Source: the human T2T-CHM13v2.0 reference genome, Homo sapiens
DNA: 64,000 nt
Strand: one strand, 5' to 3'
Assembly (NCBI RefSeq): GCF_009914755.1
Contig: NC_060931.1
The notes below the pieces were generated by a model, which was given only the letters and a program-made list of their open reading frames with translations, ran no database searches and was not told where the DNA came from. This document shows positions 1 to 13,100 of this stretch, in pieces; positions within the stretch are counted from its first letter, which is position 1; each line of letters begins with the position of its first letter. The translations under genes were made by a program, and so were the position numbers.

Positions 1-212
1 GCTGTGGCATTTTCAGGTGGAGATTTCAAGCGATTTGAGGACAATTGCAGAAAAGGAAATATCTTCGTATAATAACCAGACAGAATCATTCTCAGAAAGT
101 GCTTTGTGATGTGTGCGTTCAACTCACAGAGTTTAACCTTTCTTTTCATAGAGGAGTTTGGAAACACACTGTTTGTAAAGTCTGCAAGTGGATACATGGA
201 CCTGTTTGAGGC

Positions 213-229
213 CTTCGTTGGAAACGGGA
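213..229 (+). promoter_or_regulatory. CENP-B box 1 (monomer M1), repeated in each HOR through 63571-63587
   Basis: CTTCGTTGGAAACGGGA, exact canonical 17 bp box matching NTTCGNNNNANNCGGGN. Confidence 0.97.
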
Positions 230-552
230 TTTCTTCATTGAATGCTAGACGGAAGAATTCTCAGTAAATTCTTTGTGTTGTGTGCATTCAACTCACAGAG
301 TGGAACGTCCCTTTAGACAGAGCAGATTTGAAACACTCTTTTTGCGGAATTTGCAAGTGGAGATTTCTAGCCATTTGATGCCAACAGTAGAAAGGGAAAT
401 ATCTTCAAATAAAAACCAGACAGAATCATCCTCAGAAAATTCTTTGTGATGTGTGCGTTCAACTCACATAGTTTAACCTTTCTTTTCATAGAGCAGTTTG
501 GAAACACTCTGTTTGTAAAGTCTGCAAGTGGATATATGGACCGCATTGAGGC

Positions 553-569
553 CTTCGTTGGAAACGGGA
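553..569 (+). promoter_or_regulatory. CENP-B box 2 (monomer M3), repeated in each HOR through 63911-63927
   Basis: CTTCGTTGGAAACGGGA, exact canonical box 340 bp after box 1. Confidence 0.97.
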
Positions 570-892
570 TTTCTTCATTTCATGCTAGACAGAAGAATTC
601 TCAGTAACTTCTTTGTGCTGTGTGTATTCAACTCACAGAGTGGAACGTCCCTTTGCACAGAGCAGATTTGAAAGACTCTTTTTGTGGAGTTTGCAAGTGG
701 AGATTTCAAGCGATTTGATGCCAACAGTAGAAAAGGAAATATCTTCAAATAAAAACTAGACAGAATCATTCTCAGAAACTACTTTGTGATGTGTGCCTTC
801 AACTCACAGAGTTCAACCTTTCTTTTCTTAGAGCGGTTTAGAAACACTCTGCTTGTTATGTCTGCAAGTGGATATTTGGACCTCTTTGAGGC

Positions 893-909
893 CTTCGTTG
901 CAAACGGGG
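893..909 (+). promoter_or_regulatory. CENP-B box 3 (monomer M5), variant but consensus-compatible
   Basis: CTTCGTTGCAAACGGGG differs from the canonical box at two non-essential positions and keeps all nine essential bases (TTCG, A, CGGG). Confidence 0.9.
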
Positions 910-3900
910 TTTCTTCCTTTCATGCTAGACTAAGAAGAGTTCTCAGTAACTTTTTTGTGTTGTGTGTATTCAACTCACAGAGTTGAACCTTGCTTTAGAG
1001 AGAGCAGATTTGAAACACTCTTGCTGTGGCATTTTCAGGTGGAGATTTCAAGCGATTTGAGGACAATTGCAGAAAAGGAAATATCTTCGTATAATAACCA
1101 GACAGAATCATTCTCAGAAAGTGCTTTGTGATGTGTGCGTTCAACTCACAGAGTTTAACCTTTCTTTTCATAGAGGAGTTTGGAAACACACTGTTTGTAA
1201 AGTCTGCAAGTGGATATATGGACCTGTTTGAGGCCTTCGTTGGAAACGGGATTTCTTCATTGAATGCTAGACGGAAGAATTCTCAGTAAATTCTTTGTGT
1301 TGTGTGCATTCAACTCACAGAGTGGAACGTCCCTTTAGACAGAGCAGATTTGAAACACTCTTTTTGCGGAATTTGCAAGTGGAGATTTCTAGCCATTTGA
1401 TGCCAACAGTAGAAAGGGAAATATCTTCAAATAAAAACCAGACAGAATCATTCTCAGAAAATTCTTTGTGATGTGTGCGTTCAACTCACATAGTTTAACC
1501 TTTCTTTTCATAGAGCAGTTTGGAAACACTCTGTTTGTAAAGTCTGCAAGTGGATATATGGACCGCATTGAGGCCTTCGTTGGAAACGGGATTTCTTCAT
1601 TTCATGCTAGACAGAAGAATTCTCAGTAACTTCTTTGTGCTGTGTGTATTCAACTCACAGAGTGGAACGTCCCTTTACACAGAGCAGATTTGAAACACTC
1701 TTTTTGTGGAGTTTGCAAGTGGAGATTTCAAGCGATTTGATGCCAACAGTAGAAAAGGAAATATCTTCAAATAAAAACTAGACAGAATCATTCTCAGAAA
1801 CTACTTTGTGATGTGTGCCTTCAACTCACAGAGTTTAACCTTTCTTTTCTTAGAGCAGTTTAGAAACACTCTGCTTGTTACGTCTGCAAGTGGATATTTG
1901 GACCTCTTTGAGGCCTTCGTTGCAAACGGGGTTTCTTCCTTTCATGCTAGACTAAGAAGAGTTCTCAGTAACTTTTTTGTGTTGTGTGTATTCAACTCAC
2001 AGAGTTGAACCTTGCTTTAGAGAGAGCAGATTTGAAACACTCTTGTTGTGGCATTTTCAGGTGGAGATTTCAAGCGATTTGAGGACAATTGCAGAAAAGA
2101 AAATATCTTCGTATAATAACCAGACAGAATCATTCTCAGAAAGTGCTTTGTGATGTGTGCGTTCAACTCACAGAGTTTAACCTTTCTTTTCATAGAGGAG
2201 TTTGGAAACACACTGTTTGTAAAGTCTGCAAGTGGATACATGGACCTGTTTGAGGCCTTCGTTGGAAACGGGATTTCTTCATTGAATGCTAGACGGAAGA
2301 ATTCTCAGTAAATTCTTTGTGTTGTGTGCATTCAACTCACAGAGTGGAACGTCCCTTTAGACAGAGCAGATTTGAAACACTCTTTTTGCGGAATTTGCAA
2401 GTGGAGATTTCTAGCCATTTGATGCCAACAGTAGAAAGGGAAATATCTTCAAATAAAAACCAGACAGAATCATTCTCAGAAAATTCTTTGTGATGTGTGC
2501 GTTCAACTCACATAGTTTAACCTTTCTTTTCATAGAGCAGTTTGGAAACACTCTGTTTGTAAAGTCTGCAAGTGGATATATGGACCGCATTGAGGCCTTC
2601 GTTGGAAACGGGATTTCTTCATTTCATGCTAGACAGAAGAATTCTCAGTAACTTCTTTGTGCTGTGTGTATTCAACTCACAGAGTGGAACGTCCCTTTGC
2701 ACAGAGCAGATTTGAAACACTCTTTTTGTGGAGTTTGCCAGTGGAGATTTCAAGCGATTTGATGCCAACAGTAGAAAAGGAAATATCTTCAAATAAAAAC
2801 TAGACAGAATCATTCTCAGAAACTACTTTGTGATGTGTGCCTTCAACTCACAGAGTTCAACCTTTCTTTTCTTAGAGCAGTTTAGAAACACTCTGCTTGT
2901 TATGTCTGCAAGTGGATATTTGGACCTCTTTGAGGCCTTCGTTGCAAACGGGGTTTCTTCCTTTCATGCTAGACTAAGAAGAGTTCTCAGTAACTTTTTT
3001 GTGTTGTGTGTATTCAACTCACAGAGTTGAACCTTGCTTTAGAGAGAGCAGATTTGAAACACTCTTGTTGTGGCATTTTCAGGTGGAGATTTCAAGCGAT
3101 TTGAGGACAATTGCAGAAAAGGAAATATCTTCGTATAATAACCAGACAGAATCATTCTCAGAAAGTGCTTTGTGATGTGTGCGTTCAACTCACAGAGTTT
3201 AACCTTTCTTTTCATAGAGGAGTTTGGAAACACACTGTTTGTAAAGTCTGCAAGTGGATACATGGACCTGTTTGAGGCCTTCGTTGGAAACGGGATTTCT
3301 TCATTGAATGCTAGACGGAAGAATTCTCAGTAAATTCTTTGTGTTGTGTGCATTCAACTCACAGAGTGGAACGTCCCTTTAGACAGAGCAGATTTGAAAC
3401 ACTCTTTTTGCGGAATTTGCAAGTGGAGATTTCTAGCCATTTGATGCCAACAGTAGAAAGGGAAATATCTTCAAATAAAAACCAGACAGAATCATTCTCA
3501 GAAAATTCTTTGTGATGTGTGCGTTCAACTCACATAGTTTAACCTTTCTTTTCATAGAGCAGTTTGGAAACACTCTGTTTGTAAAGTCTGCAAGTGGATA
3601 TATGGACCGCATTGAGGCCTTCGTTGGAAACGGGATTTCTTCATTTCATGCTAGACAGAAGAATTCTCAGTAACTTCTTTGTGCTGTGTGTATTCAACTC
3701 ACAGAGTGGAACGTCCCTTTGCACAGAGCAGATTTGAAACACTCTTTTTGTGGAGTTTGCAAGTGGAGATTTCAAGCGATTTGATGCCAACAGTAGAAAA
3801 GGAAATATCTTCAAATAAAAACTAGACAGAATCATTCTCAGAAACTACTTTGTGATGTGTGCCTTCAACTCACAGAGTTCAACCTTTCTTTTCTTAGAGC

Positions 3901-6900
3901 AGTTTAGAAACACTCTGCTTGTTATGTCTGCAAGTGGATATTTGGACCTCTTTGAGGCCTTCGTTGCAAACGGGGTTTCTTCCTTTCATGCTAGACTAAG
4001 AAGAGTTCTCAGTAACTTTTTTGTGTTGTGTGTATTCAACTCACAGAGTTGAACCTTGCTTTAGAGAGAGCAGATTTGAAACACTCTTGCTGTGGCATTT
4101 TCAGGTGGAGATTTCAAGCGATTTGAGGACAATTGCAGAAAAGGAAATATCTTCGTATAATAACCAGACAGAATCATTCTCAGAAAGTGCTTTGTGATGT
4201 GTGCGTTCAACTCACAGAGTTTAACCTTTCTTTTCATAGAGGAGTTTGGAAACACACTGTTTGTAAAGTCTGCAAGTGGATACATGGACCTGTTTGAGGC
4301 CTTCGTTGGAAACGGGATTTCTTCATTGAATGCTAGACGGAAGAATTCTCAGTAAATTCTTTGTGTTGTGTGCATTCAACTCACAGAGTGGAACGTCCCT
4401 TTAGACAGAGCAGATTTGAAACACTCTTTTTGCGGAATTTGCAAGTGGAGATTTCTAGCCATTTGATGCCAACAGTAGAAAGGGAAATATCTTCAAATAA
4501 AAACCAGACAGAATCATCCTCAGAAAATTCTTTGTGATGTGTGCGTTCAACTCACATAGTTTAACCTTTCTTTTCATAGAGCAGTTTGGAAACACTCTGT
4601 TTGTAAAGTCTGCAAGTGGATATATGGACCGCATTGAGGCCTTCGTTGGAAACGGGATTTCTTCATTTCATGCTAGACAGAAGAATTCTCAGTAACTTCT
4701 TTGTGCTGTGTGTATTCAACTCACAGAGTGGAACGTCCCTTTGCACAGAGCAGATTTGAAACACTCTTTTTGTGGAGTTTGCAAGTGGAGATTTCAAGCG
4801 ATTTGATGCCAACAGTAGAAAAGGAAATATCTTCAAATAAAAACTAGACAGAATCATTCTCAGAAACTACTTTGTGATGTGTGCCTTCAACTCACAGAGT
4901 TCAACCTTTCTTTTCTTAGAGCAGTTTAGAAACACTCTGCTTGTTATGTCTGCAAGTGGATATTTGGACCTCTTTGAGGCCTTCGTTGCAAACGGGGTTT
5001 CTTCCTTTCATGCTAGACTAAGAAGAGTTCTCAGTAACTTTTTTGTGTTGTGTGTATTCAACTCACAGAGTTGAACCTTGCTTTAGAGAGAGCAGATTTG
5101 AAACACTCTTGCTGTGGCATTTTCAGGTGGAGATTTCAAGCGATTTGAGGACAATTGCAGAAAAGGAAATATCTTCGTATAATAACCAGACAGAATCATT
5201 CTCAGAAAGTGCTTTGTGATGTGTGCGTTCAACTCACAGAGTTTAACCTTTCTTTTCATAGAGGAGTTTGGAAACACACTGTTTGTAAAGTCTGCAAGTG
5301 GATATATGGACCTGTTTGAGGCCTTCGTTGGAAACGGGATTTCTTCATTGAATGCTAGACGGAAGAATTCTCAGTAAATTCTTTGTGTTGTGTGCATTCA
5401 ACTCACAGAGTGGAACGTCCCTTTAGACAGAGCAGATTTGAAACACTCTTTTTGCGGAATTTGCAAGTGGAGATTTCTAGCCATTTGATGCCAACAGTAG
5501 AAAGGGAAATATCTTCAAATAAAAACCAGACAGAATCATTCTCAGAAAATTCTTTGTGATGTGTGCGTTCAACTCACATAGTTTAACCTTTCTTTTCATA
5601 GAGCAGTTTGGAAACACTCTGTTTGTAAAGTCTGCAAGTGGATATATGGACCGCATTGAGGCCTTCGTTGGAAACGGGATTTCTTCATTTCATGCTAGAC
5701 AGAAGAATTCTCAGTAACTTCTTTGTGCTGTGTGTATTCAACTCACAGAGTGGAACGTCCCTTTACACAGAGCAGATTTGAAACACTCTTTTTGTGGAGT
5801 TTGCAAGTGGAGATTTCAAGCGATTTGATGCCAACAGTAGAAAAGGAAATATCTTCAAATAAAAACTAGACAGAATCATTCTCAGAAACTACTTTGTGAT
5901 GTGTGCCTTCAACTCACAGAGTTTAACCTTTCTTTTCTTAGAGCAGTTTAGAAACACTCTGCTTGTTACGTCTGCAAGTGGATATTTGGACCTCTTTGAG
6001 GCCTTCGTTGCAAACGGGGTTTCTTCCTTTCATGCTAGACTAAGAAGAGTTCTCAGTAACTTTTTTGTGTTGTGTGTATTCAACTCACAGAGTTGAACCT
6101 TGCTTTAGAGAGAGCAGATTTGAAACACTCTTGTTGTGGCATTTTCAGGTGGAGATTTCAAGCGATTTGAGGACAATTGCAGAAAAGGAAATATCTTCGT
6201 ATAATAACCAGACAGAATCATTCTCAGAAAGTGCTTTGTGATGTGTGCGTTCAACTCACAGAGTTTAACCTTTCTTTTCATAGAGGAGTTTGGAAACACA
6301 CTGTTTGTAAAGTCTGCAAGTGGATACATGGACCTGTTTGAGGCCTTCGTTGGAAACGGGATTTCTTCATTGAATGCTAGACGGAAGAATTCTCAGTAAA
6401 TTCTTTGTGTTGTGTGCATTCAACTCACAGAGTGGAACGTCCCTTTAGACAGAGCAGATTTGAAACACTCTTTTTGCGGAATTTGCAAGTGGAGATTTCT
6501 AGCCATTTGATGCCAACAGTAGAAAGGGAAATATCTTCAAATAAAAACCAGACAGAATCATTCTCAGAAAATTCTTTGTGATGTGTGCGTTCAACTCACA
6601 TAGTTTAACCTTTCTTTTCATAGAGCAGTTTGGAAACACTCTGTTTGTAAAGTCTGCAAGTGGATATATGGACCGCATTGAGGCCTTCGTTGGAAACGGG
6701 ATTTCTTCATTTCATGCTAGACAGAAGAATTCTCAGTAACTTCTTTGTGCTGTGTGTATTCAACTCACAGAGTGGAACGTCCCTTTGCACAGAGCAGATT
6801 TGAAACACTCTTTTTGTGGAGTTTGCAAGTGGAGATTTCAAGCGATTTGATGCCAACAGTAGAAAAGGAAATATCTTCAAATAAAAACTAGACAGAATCA

Positions 6901-9900
6901 TTCTCAGAAACTACTTTGTGATGTGTGCCTTCAACTCACAGAGTTCAACCTTTCTTTTCTTAGAGCAGTTTAGAAACACTCTGCTTGTTATGTCTGCAAG
7001 TGGATATTTGGACCTCTTTGAGGCCTTCGTTGCAAACGGGGTTTCTTCCTTTCATGCTAGACTAAGAAGAGTTCTCAGTAACTTTTTTGTGTTGTGTGTA
7101 TTCAACTCACAGAGTTGAACCTTGCTTTAGAGAGAGCAGATTTGAAACACTCTTGCTGTGGCATTTTCAGGTGGAGATTTCAAGCGATTTGAGGACAATT
7201 GCAGAAAAGGAAATATCTTCGTATAATAACCAGACAGAATCATTCTCAGAAAGTGCTTTGTGATGTGTGCGTTCAACTCACAGAGTTTAACCTTTCTTTT
7301 CATAGAGGAGTTTGGAAACACACTGTTTGTAAAGTCTGCAAGTGGATACATGGACCTGTTTGAGGCCTTCGTTGGAAACGGGATTTCTTCATTGAATGCT
7401 AGACGGAAGAATTCTCAGTAAATTCTTTGTGTTGTGTGCATTCAACTCACAGAGTGGAACGTCCCTTTAGACAGAGCAGATTTGAAACACTCTTTTTGCG
7501 GAATTTGCAAGTGGAGATTTCTAGCCATTTGATGCCAACAGTAGAAAGGGAAATATCTTCAAATAAAAACCAGACAGAATCATCCTCAGAAAATTCTTTG
7601 TGATGTGTGCGTTCAACTCACATAGTTTAACCTTTCTTTTCATAGAGCAGTTTGGAAACACTCTGTTTGTAAAGTCTGCAAGTGGATATATGGACCGCAT
7701 TGAGGCCTTCGTTGGAAACGGGATTTCTTCATTTCATGCTAGACAGAAGAATTCTCAGTAACTTCTTTGTGCTGTGTGTATTCAACTCACAGAGTGGAAC
7801 GTCCCTTTGCACAGAGCAGATTTGAAACACTCTTTTTGTGGAGTTTGCAAGTGGAGATTTCAAGCGATTTGATGCCAACAGTAGAAAAGGAAATATCTTC
7901 AAATAAAAACTAGACAGAATCATTCTCAGAAACTACTTTGTGATGTGTGCCTTCAACTCACAGAGTTCAACCTTTCTTTTCTTAGAGCAGTTTAGAAACA
8001 CTCTGCTTGTTATGTCTGCAAGTGGATATTTGGACCTCTTTGAGGCCTTCGTTGCAAACGGGGTTTCTTCCTTTCATGCTAGACTAAGAAGAGTTCTCAG
8101 TAACTTTTTTGTGTTGTGTGTATTCAACTCACAGAGTTGAACCTTGCTTTAGAGAGAGCAGATTTGAAACACTCTTGCTGTGGCATTTTCAGGTGGAGAT
8201 TTCAAGCGATTTGAGGACAATTGCAGAAAAGGAAATATCTTCGTATAATAACCAGACAGAATCATTCTCAGAAAGTGCTTTGTGATGTGTGCGTTCAACT
8301 CACAGAGTTTAACCTTTCTTTTCATAGTGGAGTTTGGAAACACACTGTTTGTAAAGTCTGCAAGTGGATATATGGACCTGTTTGAGGCCTTCGTTGGAAA
8401 CGGGATTTCTTCATTGAATGCTAGACGGAAGAATTCTCAGTAAATTCTTTGTGTTGTGTGCATTCAACTCACAGAGTGGAACGTCCCTTTAGACAGAGCA
8501 GATTTGAAACACTCTTTTTGCGGAATTTGCAAGTGGAGATTTCTAGCCATTTGATGCCAACAGTAGAAAGGGAAATATCTTCAAATAAAAACCAGACAGA
8601 ATCATTCTCAGAAAATTCTTTGTGATGTGTGCGTTCAACTCACATAGTTTAACCTTTCTTTTCATAGAGCAGTTTGGAAACACTCTGTTTGTAAAGTCTG
8701 CAAGTGGATATATGGACCGCATTGAGGCCTTCGTTGGAAACGGGATTTCTTCATTTCATGCTAGACAGAAGAATTCTCAGTAACTTCTTTGTGCTGTGTG
8801 TATTCAACTCACAGAGTGGAACGTCCCTTTACACAGAGCAGATTTGAAACACTCTTTTTGTGGAGTTTGCAAGTGGAGATTTCAAGCGATTTGATGCCAA
8901 CAGTAGAAAAGGAAATATCTTCAAATAAAAACTAGACAGAATCATTCTCAGAAACTACTTTGTGATGTGTGCCTTCAACTCACAGAGTTTAACCTTTCTT
9001 TTCTTAGAGCAGTTTAGAAACACTCTGCTTGTTACGTCTGCAAGTGGATATTTGGACCTCTTTGAGGCCTTCGTTGCAAACGGGGTTTCTTCCTTTCATG
9101 CTAGACTAAGAAGAGTTCTCAGTAACTTTTTTGTGTTGTGTGTATTCAACTCACAGAGTTGAACCTTGCTTTAGAGAGAGCAGATTTGAAACACTCTTGC
9201 TGTGGCATTTTCAGGTGGAGATTTCAAGCGATTTGAGGACAATTGCAGAAAAGGAAATATCTTCGTATAATAACCAGACAGAATCATTCTCAGAAAGTGC
9301 TTTGTGATGTGTGCGTTCAACTCACAGAGTTTAACCTTTCTTTTCATAGAGGAGTTTGGAAACACACTGTTTGTAAAGTCTGCAAGTGGATATATGGACC
9401 TGTTTGAGGCCTTCGTTGGAAACGGGATTTCTTCATTGAATGCTAGACGGAAGAATTCTCAGTAAATTCTTTGTGTTGTGTGCATTCAACTCACAGAGTG
9501 GAACGTCCCTTTAGACAGAGCAGATTTGAAACACTCTTTTTGCGGAATTTGCAAGTGGAGATTTCTAGCCATTTGATGCCAACAGTAGAAAGGGAAATAT
9601 CTTCAAATAAAAACCAGACAGAATCATTCTCAGAAAATTCTTTGTGATGTGTGCGTTCAACTCACATAGTTTAACCTTTCTTTTCATAGAGCAGTTTGGA
9701 AACACTCTGTTTGTAAAGTCTGCAAGTGGATATATGGACCGCATTGAGGCCTTCGTTGGAAACGGGATTTCTTCATTTCATGCTAGACAGAAGAATTCTC
9801 AGTAACTTCTTTGTGCTGTGTGTATTCAACTCACAGAGTGGAACGTCCCTTTACACAGAGCAGATTTGAAACACTCTTTTTGTGGAGTTTGCAAGTGGAG

Positions 9901-10090
9901 ATTTCAAGCGATTTGATGCCAACAGTAGAAAAGGAAATATCTTCAAATAAAAACTAGACAGAATCATTCTCAGAAACTACTTTGTGATGTGTGCCTTCAA
10001 CTCACAGAGTTTAACCTTTCTTTTCTTAGAGCAGTTTAGAAACACTCTGCTTGTTATGTCTGCAAGTGGATATTTGGACCTCTTTGAGGC

Positions 10091-10107
10091 CTTCGTTGCT
10101 AACGGGG
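10091..10107 (+). promoter_or_regulatory. Disrupted CENP-B box 3 (essential A to T); second copy at 24399-24415
   Basis: CTTCGTTGCTAACGGGG: box position 10, the essential A, is T (10100 and 24408). Confidence 0.85.
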
Positions 10108-13100
10108 TTTCTTCCTTTCATGCTAGACTAAGAAGAGTTCTCAGTAACTATTTTGTGTTGTGTGTATTCAACTCACAGAGTTGAACCTTGCTTTAGAGAG
10201 AGCAGATTTGAAACACTCTTGCTGTGGCATTTTCAGGTGGAGATTTCAAGCGATTTGAGGACAATTGCAGAAAAGGAAATATCTTCGTATAATAACCAGA
10301 CAGAATCATTCTCAGAAAGTGCTTTGTGATGTGTGCGTTCAACTCACAGAGTTTAACCTTTCTTTTCATAGAGGAGTTTGGAAACACACTGTTTGTAAAG
10401 TCTGCAAGTGGATATATGGACCTGTTTGAGGCCTTCGTTGGAAACGGGATTTCTTCATTGAATGCTAGACGGAAGAATTCTCAGTAAATTCTTTGTGTTG
10501 TGTGCATTCAACTCACAGAGTGGAACGTCCCTTTAGACAGAGCAGATTTGAAACACTCTTTTTGCGGAATTTGCAAGTGGAGATTTCTAGCCATTTGATG
10601 CCAACAGTAGAAAGGGAAATATCTTCAAATAAAAAACAGACAGAATCATTCTCAGAAAATTCTTTGTGATGTGTGCGTTCAACTCACATAGTTTAACCTT
10701 TCTTTTCATAGAGCAGTTTGGAAACACTCTGTTTGTAAAGTCTGCAAGTGGATATATGGACCGCATTGAGGCCTTCGTTGGAAACGGGATTTCTTCATTT
10801 CATGCTAGACAGAAGAATTCTCAGTAACTTCTTTGTGCTGTGTGTATTCAACTCACAGAGTGGAACGTCCCTTTGCACAGAGCAGATTTGAAACACTCTT
10901 TTTGTGGAGTTTGCAAGTGGAGATTTCAAGCGATTTGATGCCTACAGTAGAAAAGGAAATATCTTCAAATAAAAACTAGACAGAATCATTCTCAGAAACT
11001 ACTTTGTGATGTGTGCCTTCAACTCACAGAGTTTAACCTTTCTTTTCTTAGAGCAGTTTAGAAACACTCTGCTTGTTATGTCTGCAAGTGGATATTTGGA
11101 CCTCTTTGAGGCCTTCGTTGCAAACGGGGTTTCTTCCTTTCATGCTAGACTAAGAAGAGTTCTCAGTAACTTTTTTGTGTTGTGTGTATTCAACTCACAG
11201 AGTTGAACCTTGCTTTAGAGAGAGCAGATTTGAAACACTCTTGCTGTGGCATTTTCAGGTGGAGATTTCAAGCGATTTGAGGACAATTGCAGAAAAGGAA
11301 ATATCTTCGTATAATAACCAGACAGAATCATTCTCAGAAAGTGCTTTGTGATGTGTGCGTTCAACTCACAGAGTTTAACCTTTCTTTTCATAGAGGAGTT
11401 TGGAAACACACTGTTTGTAAAGTCTGCAAGTGGATATATGGACCTGTTTGAGGCCTTCGTTGGAAACGGGATTTCTTCATTGAATGCTAGACGGAAGAAT
11501 TCTCAGTAAATTCTTTGTGTTGTGTGCATTCAACTCACAGAGTGGAACGTCCCTTTAGACAGAGCAGATTTGAAACCCTCTTTTTGCGGAATTTGCAAGT
11601 GGAGATTTCTAGCCATTTGATGCCAACAGTAGAAAGGGAAATATCTTCAAATAAAAACCAGACAGAATCATTCTCAGAAAATTCTTTGTGATGTGTGCGT
11701 TCAACTCACATAGTTTAACCTTTCTTTTCATAGAGCAGTTTGGAAACACTCTGTTTGTAAAGTCTGCAAGTGGATATATGGACCGCATTGAGGCCTTCGT
11801 TGGAAACGGGATTTCTTCATTTCATGCTAGACAGAAGAATTCTCAGTAACTTCTTTGTGCTGTGTGTATTCAACTCACAGAGTGGAACGTCCCTTTGCAC
11901 AGAGCAGATTTGAAACACTCTTTTTGTGGAGTTTGCAAGTGGAGATTTCAAGCGATTTCATGCCAACAGTAGAAAAGGAAATATCTTCAAATAAAAACTA
12001 GAGAGAATCATTCTCAGAAACTACTTTGTGATGTGTGCCTTCAACTCACAGAGTTCAACCTTTCTTTTCTTAGAGCAGTTTAGAAACACTCTGCTTGTTA
12101 TGTCTGCAAGTGGATATTTGGACCTCTTTGAGGCCTTCGTTGCAAACGGGGTTTCTTCCTTTCATGCTAGACTAAGAAGAGTTCTCAGTAACTTTTTTGT
12201 GTTGTGTGTATTCAACTCACAGAGTTGAACCTTGCTTTAGAGAGAGCAGATTTGAAACACTCTTGCTGTGGCATTTTCAGGTGGAGATTTCAAGCGATTT
12301 GAGGACAATTGCAGAAAAGGAAATATCTTCGTATAATAACCAGACAGAATCATTCTCAGAAAGTGCTTTGTGATGTGTGCGTTCAACTCACAGAGTTTAA
12401 CCTTTCTTTTCATAGAGGAGTTTGGAAACACACTGTTTGTAAAGTCTGCAAGTGGATATATGGACCTGTTTGAGGCCTTCGTTGGAAACGGGATTTCTTC
12501 ATTGAATGCTAGACGGAAGAATTCTCAGTAAATTCTTTGTGTTGTGTGCATTCAACTCACAGAGTGGAACGTCCCTTTAGACAGAGCAGATTTGAAACAC
12601 TCTTTTTGCGGAATTTGCAAGTGGAGATTTCTAGCCATTTGATGCCAACAGTAGAAAGGGAAATATCTTCAAATAAAAACCAGACAGAATCATTCTCAGA
12701 AAATACTTTGTGATATGTGCGTTCAACTCACATAGTTTAACCTTTCTTTTCATAGAGCAGTTTGGAAACACTCTGTTTGTAAAGTCTGCAAGTGGATATA
12801 TGGACCGCATTGAGGCCTTCGTTGGAAACGGGATTTCTTCATTTCATGCTAGACAGAAGAATTCTCAGTAACTTCTTTGTGCTGTGTGTATTCAACTCAC
12901 AGAGTGGAACGTCCCTTTGCACAGAGCAGATTTGAAACACTCTTTTTGTGGAGTTTGCCAGTGGAGATTTCAAGCGATTTGATGCCAACAGTAGAAAAGG
13001 AAATATCTTCAAATAAAAACTAGACAGAATCATTCTCAGAAACTACTTTGTGATGTGTGCCTTCAACTCACAGAGTTCAACCTTTCTTTTCTTAGAGCAG

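Larger units (their letters stand above)
87..1108 (+). repeat. First complete HOR unit: monomers M1 87-255 (169 bp), M2 256-426 (171), M3 427-595 (169), M4 596-766 (171), M5 767-937 (171), M6 938-1108 (171)
   Basis: Monomer starts read from CATT/CATC/AATT/AGTT-CTCAG motifs at 87, 256, 427, 596, 767, 938 and 1109. Lengths sum to 1022. M1, M3 and M5 carry CENP-B boxes (B-type). M2, M4 and M6 carry an AGAAA(A/G)GGAAATATCTTC A-type segment instead. Confidence 0.95.

Noticed and set aside
206-216. Short palindromes such as AGGCCT, GAATTC and CAATTG as terminators or cruciforms
   Set aside because: They are only 6 bp restriction-site-sized dyads intrinsic to the monomer, with no long stem-loop visible.
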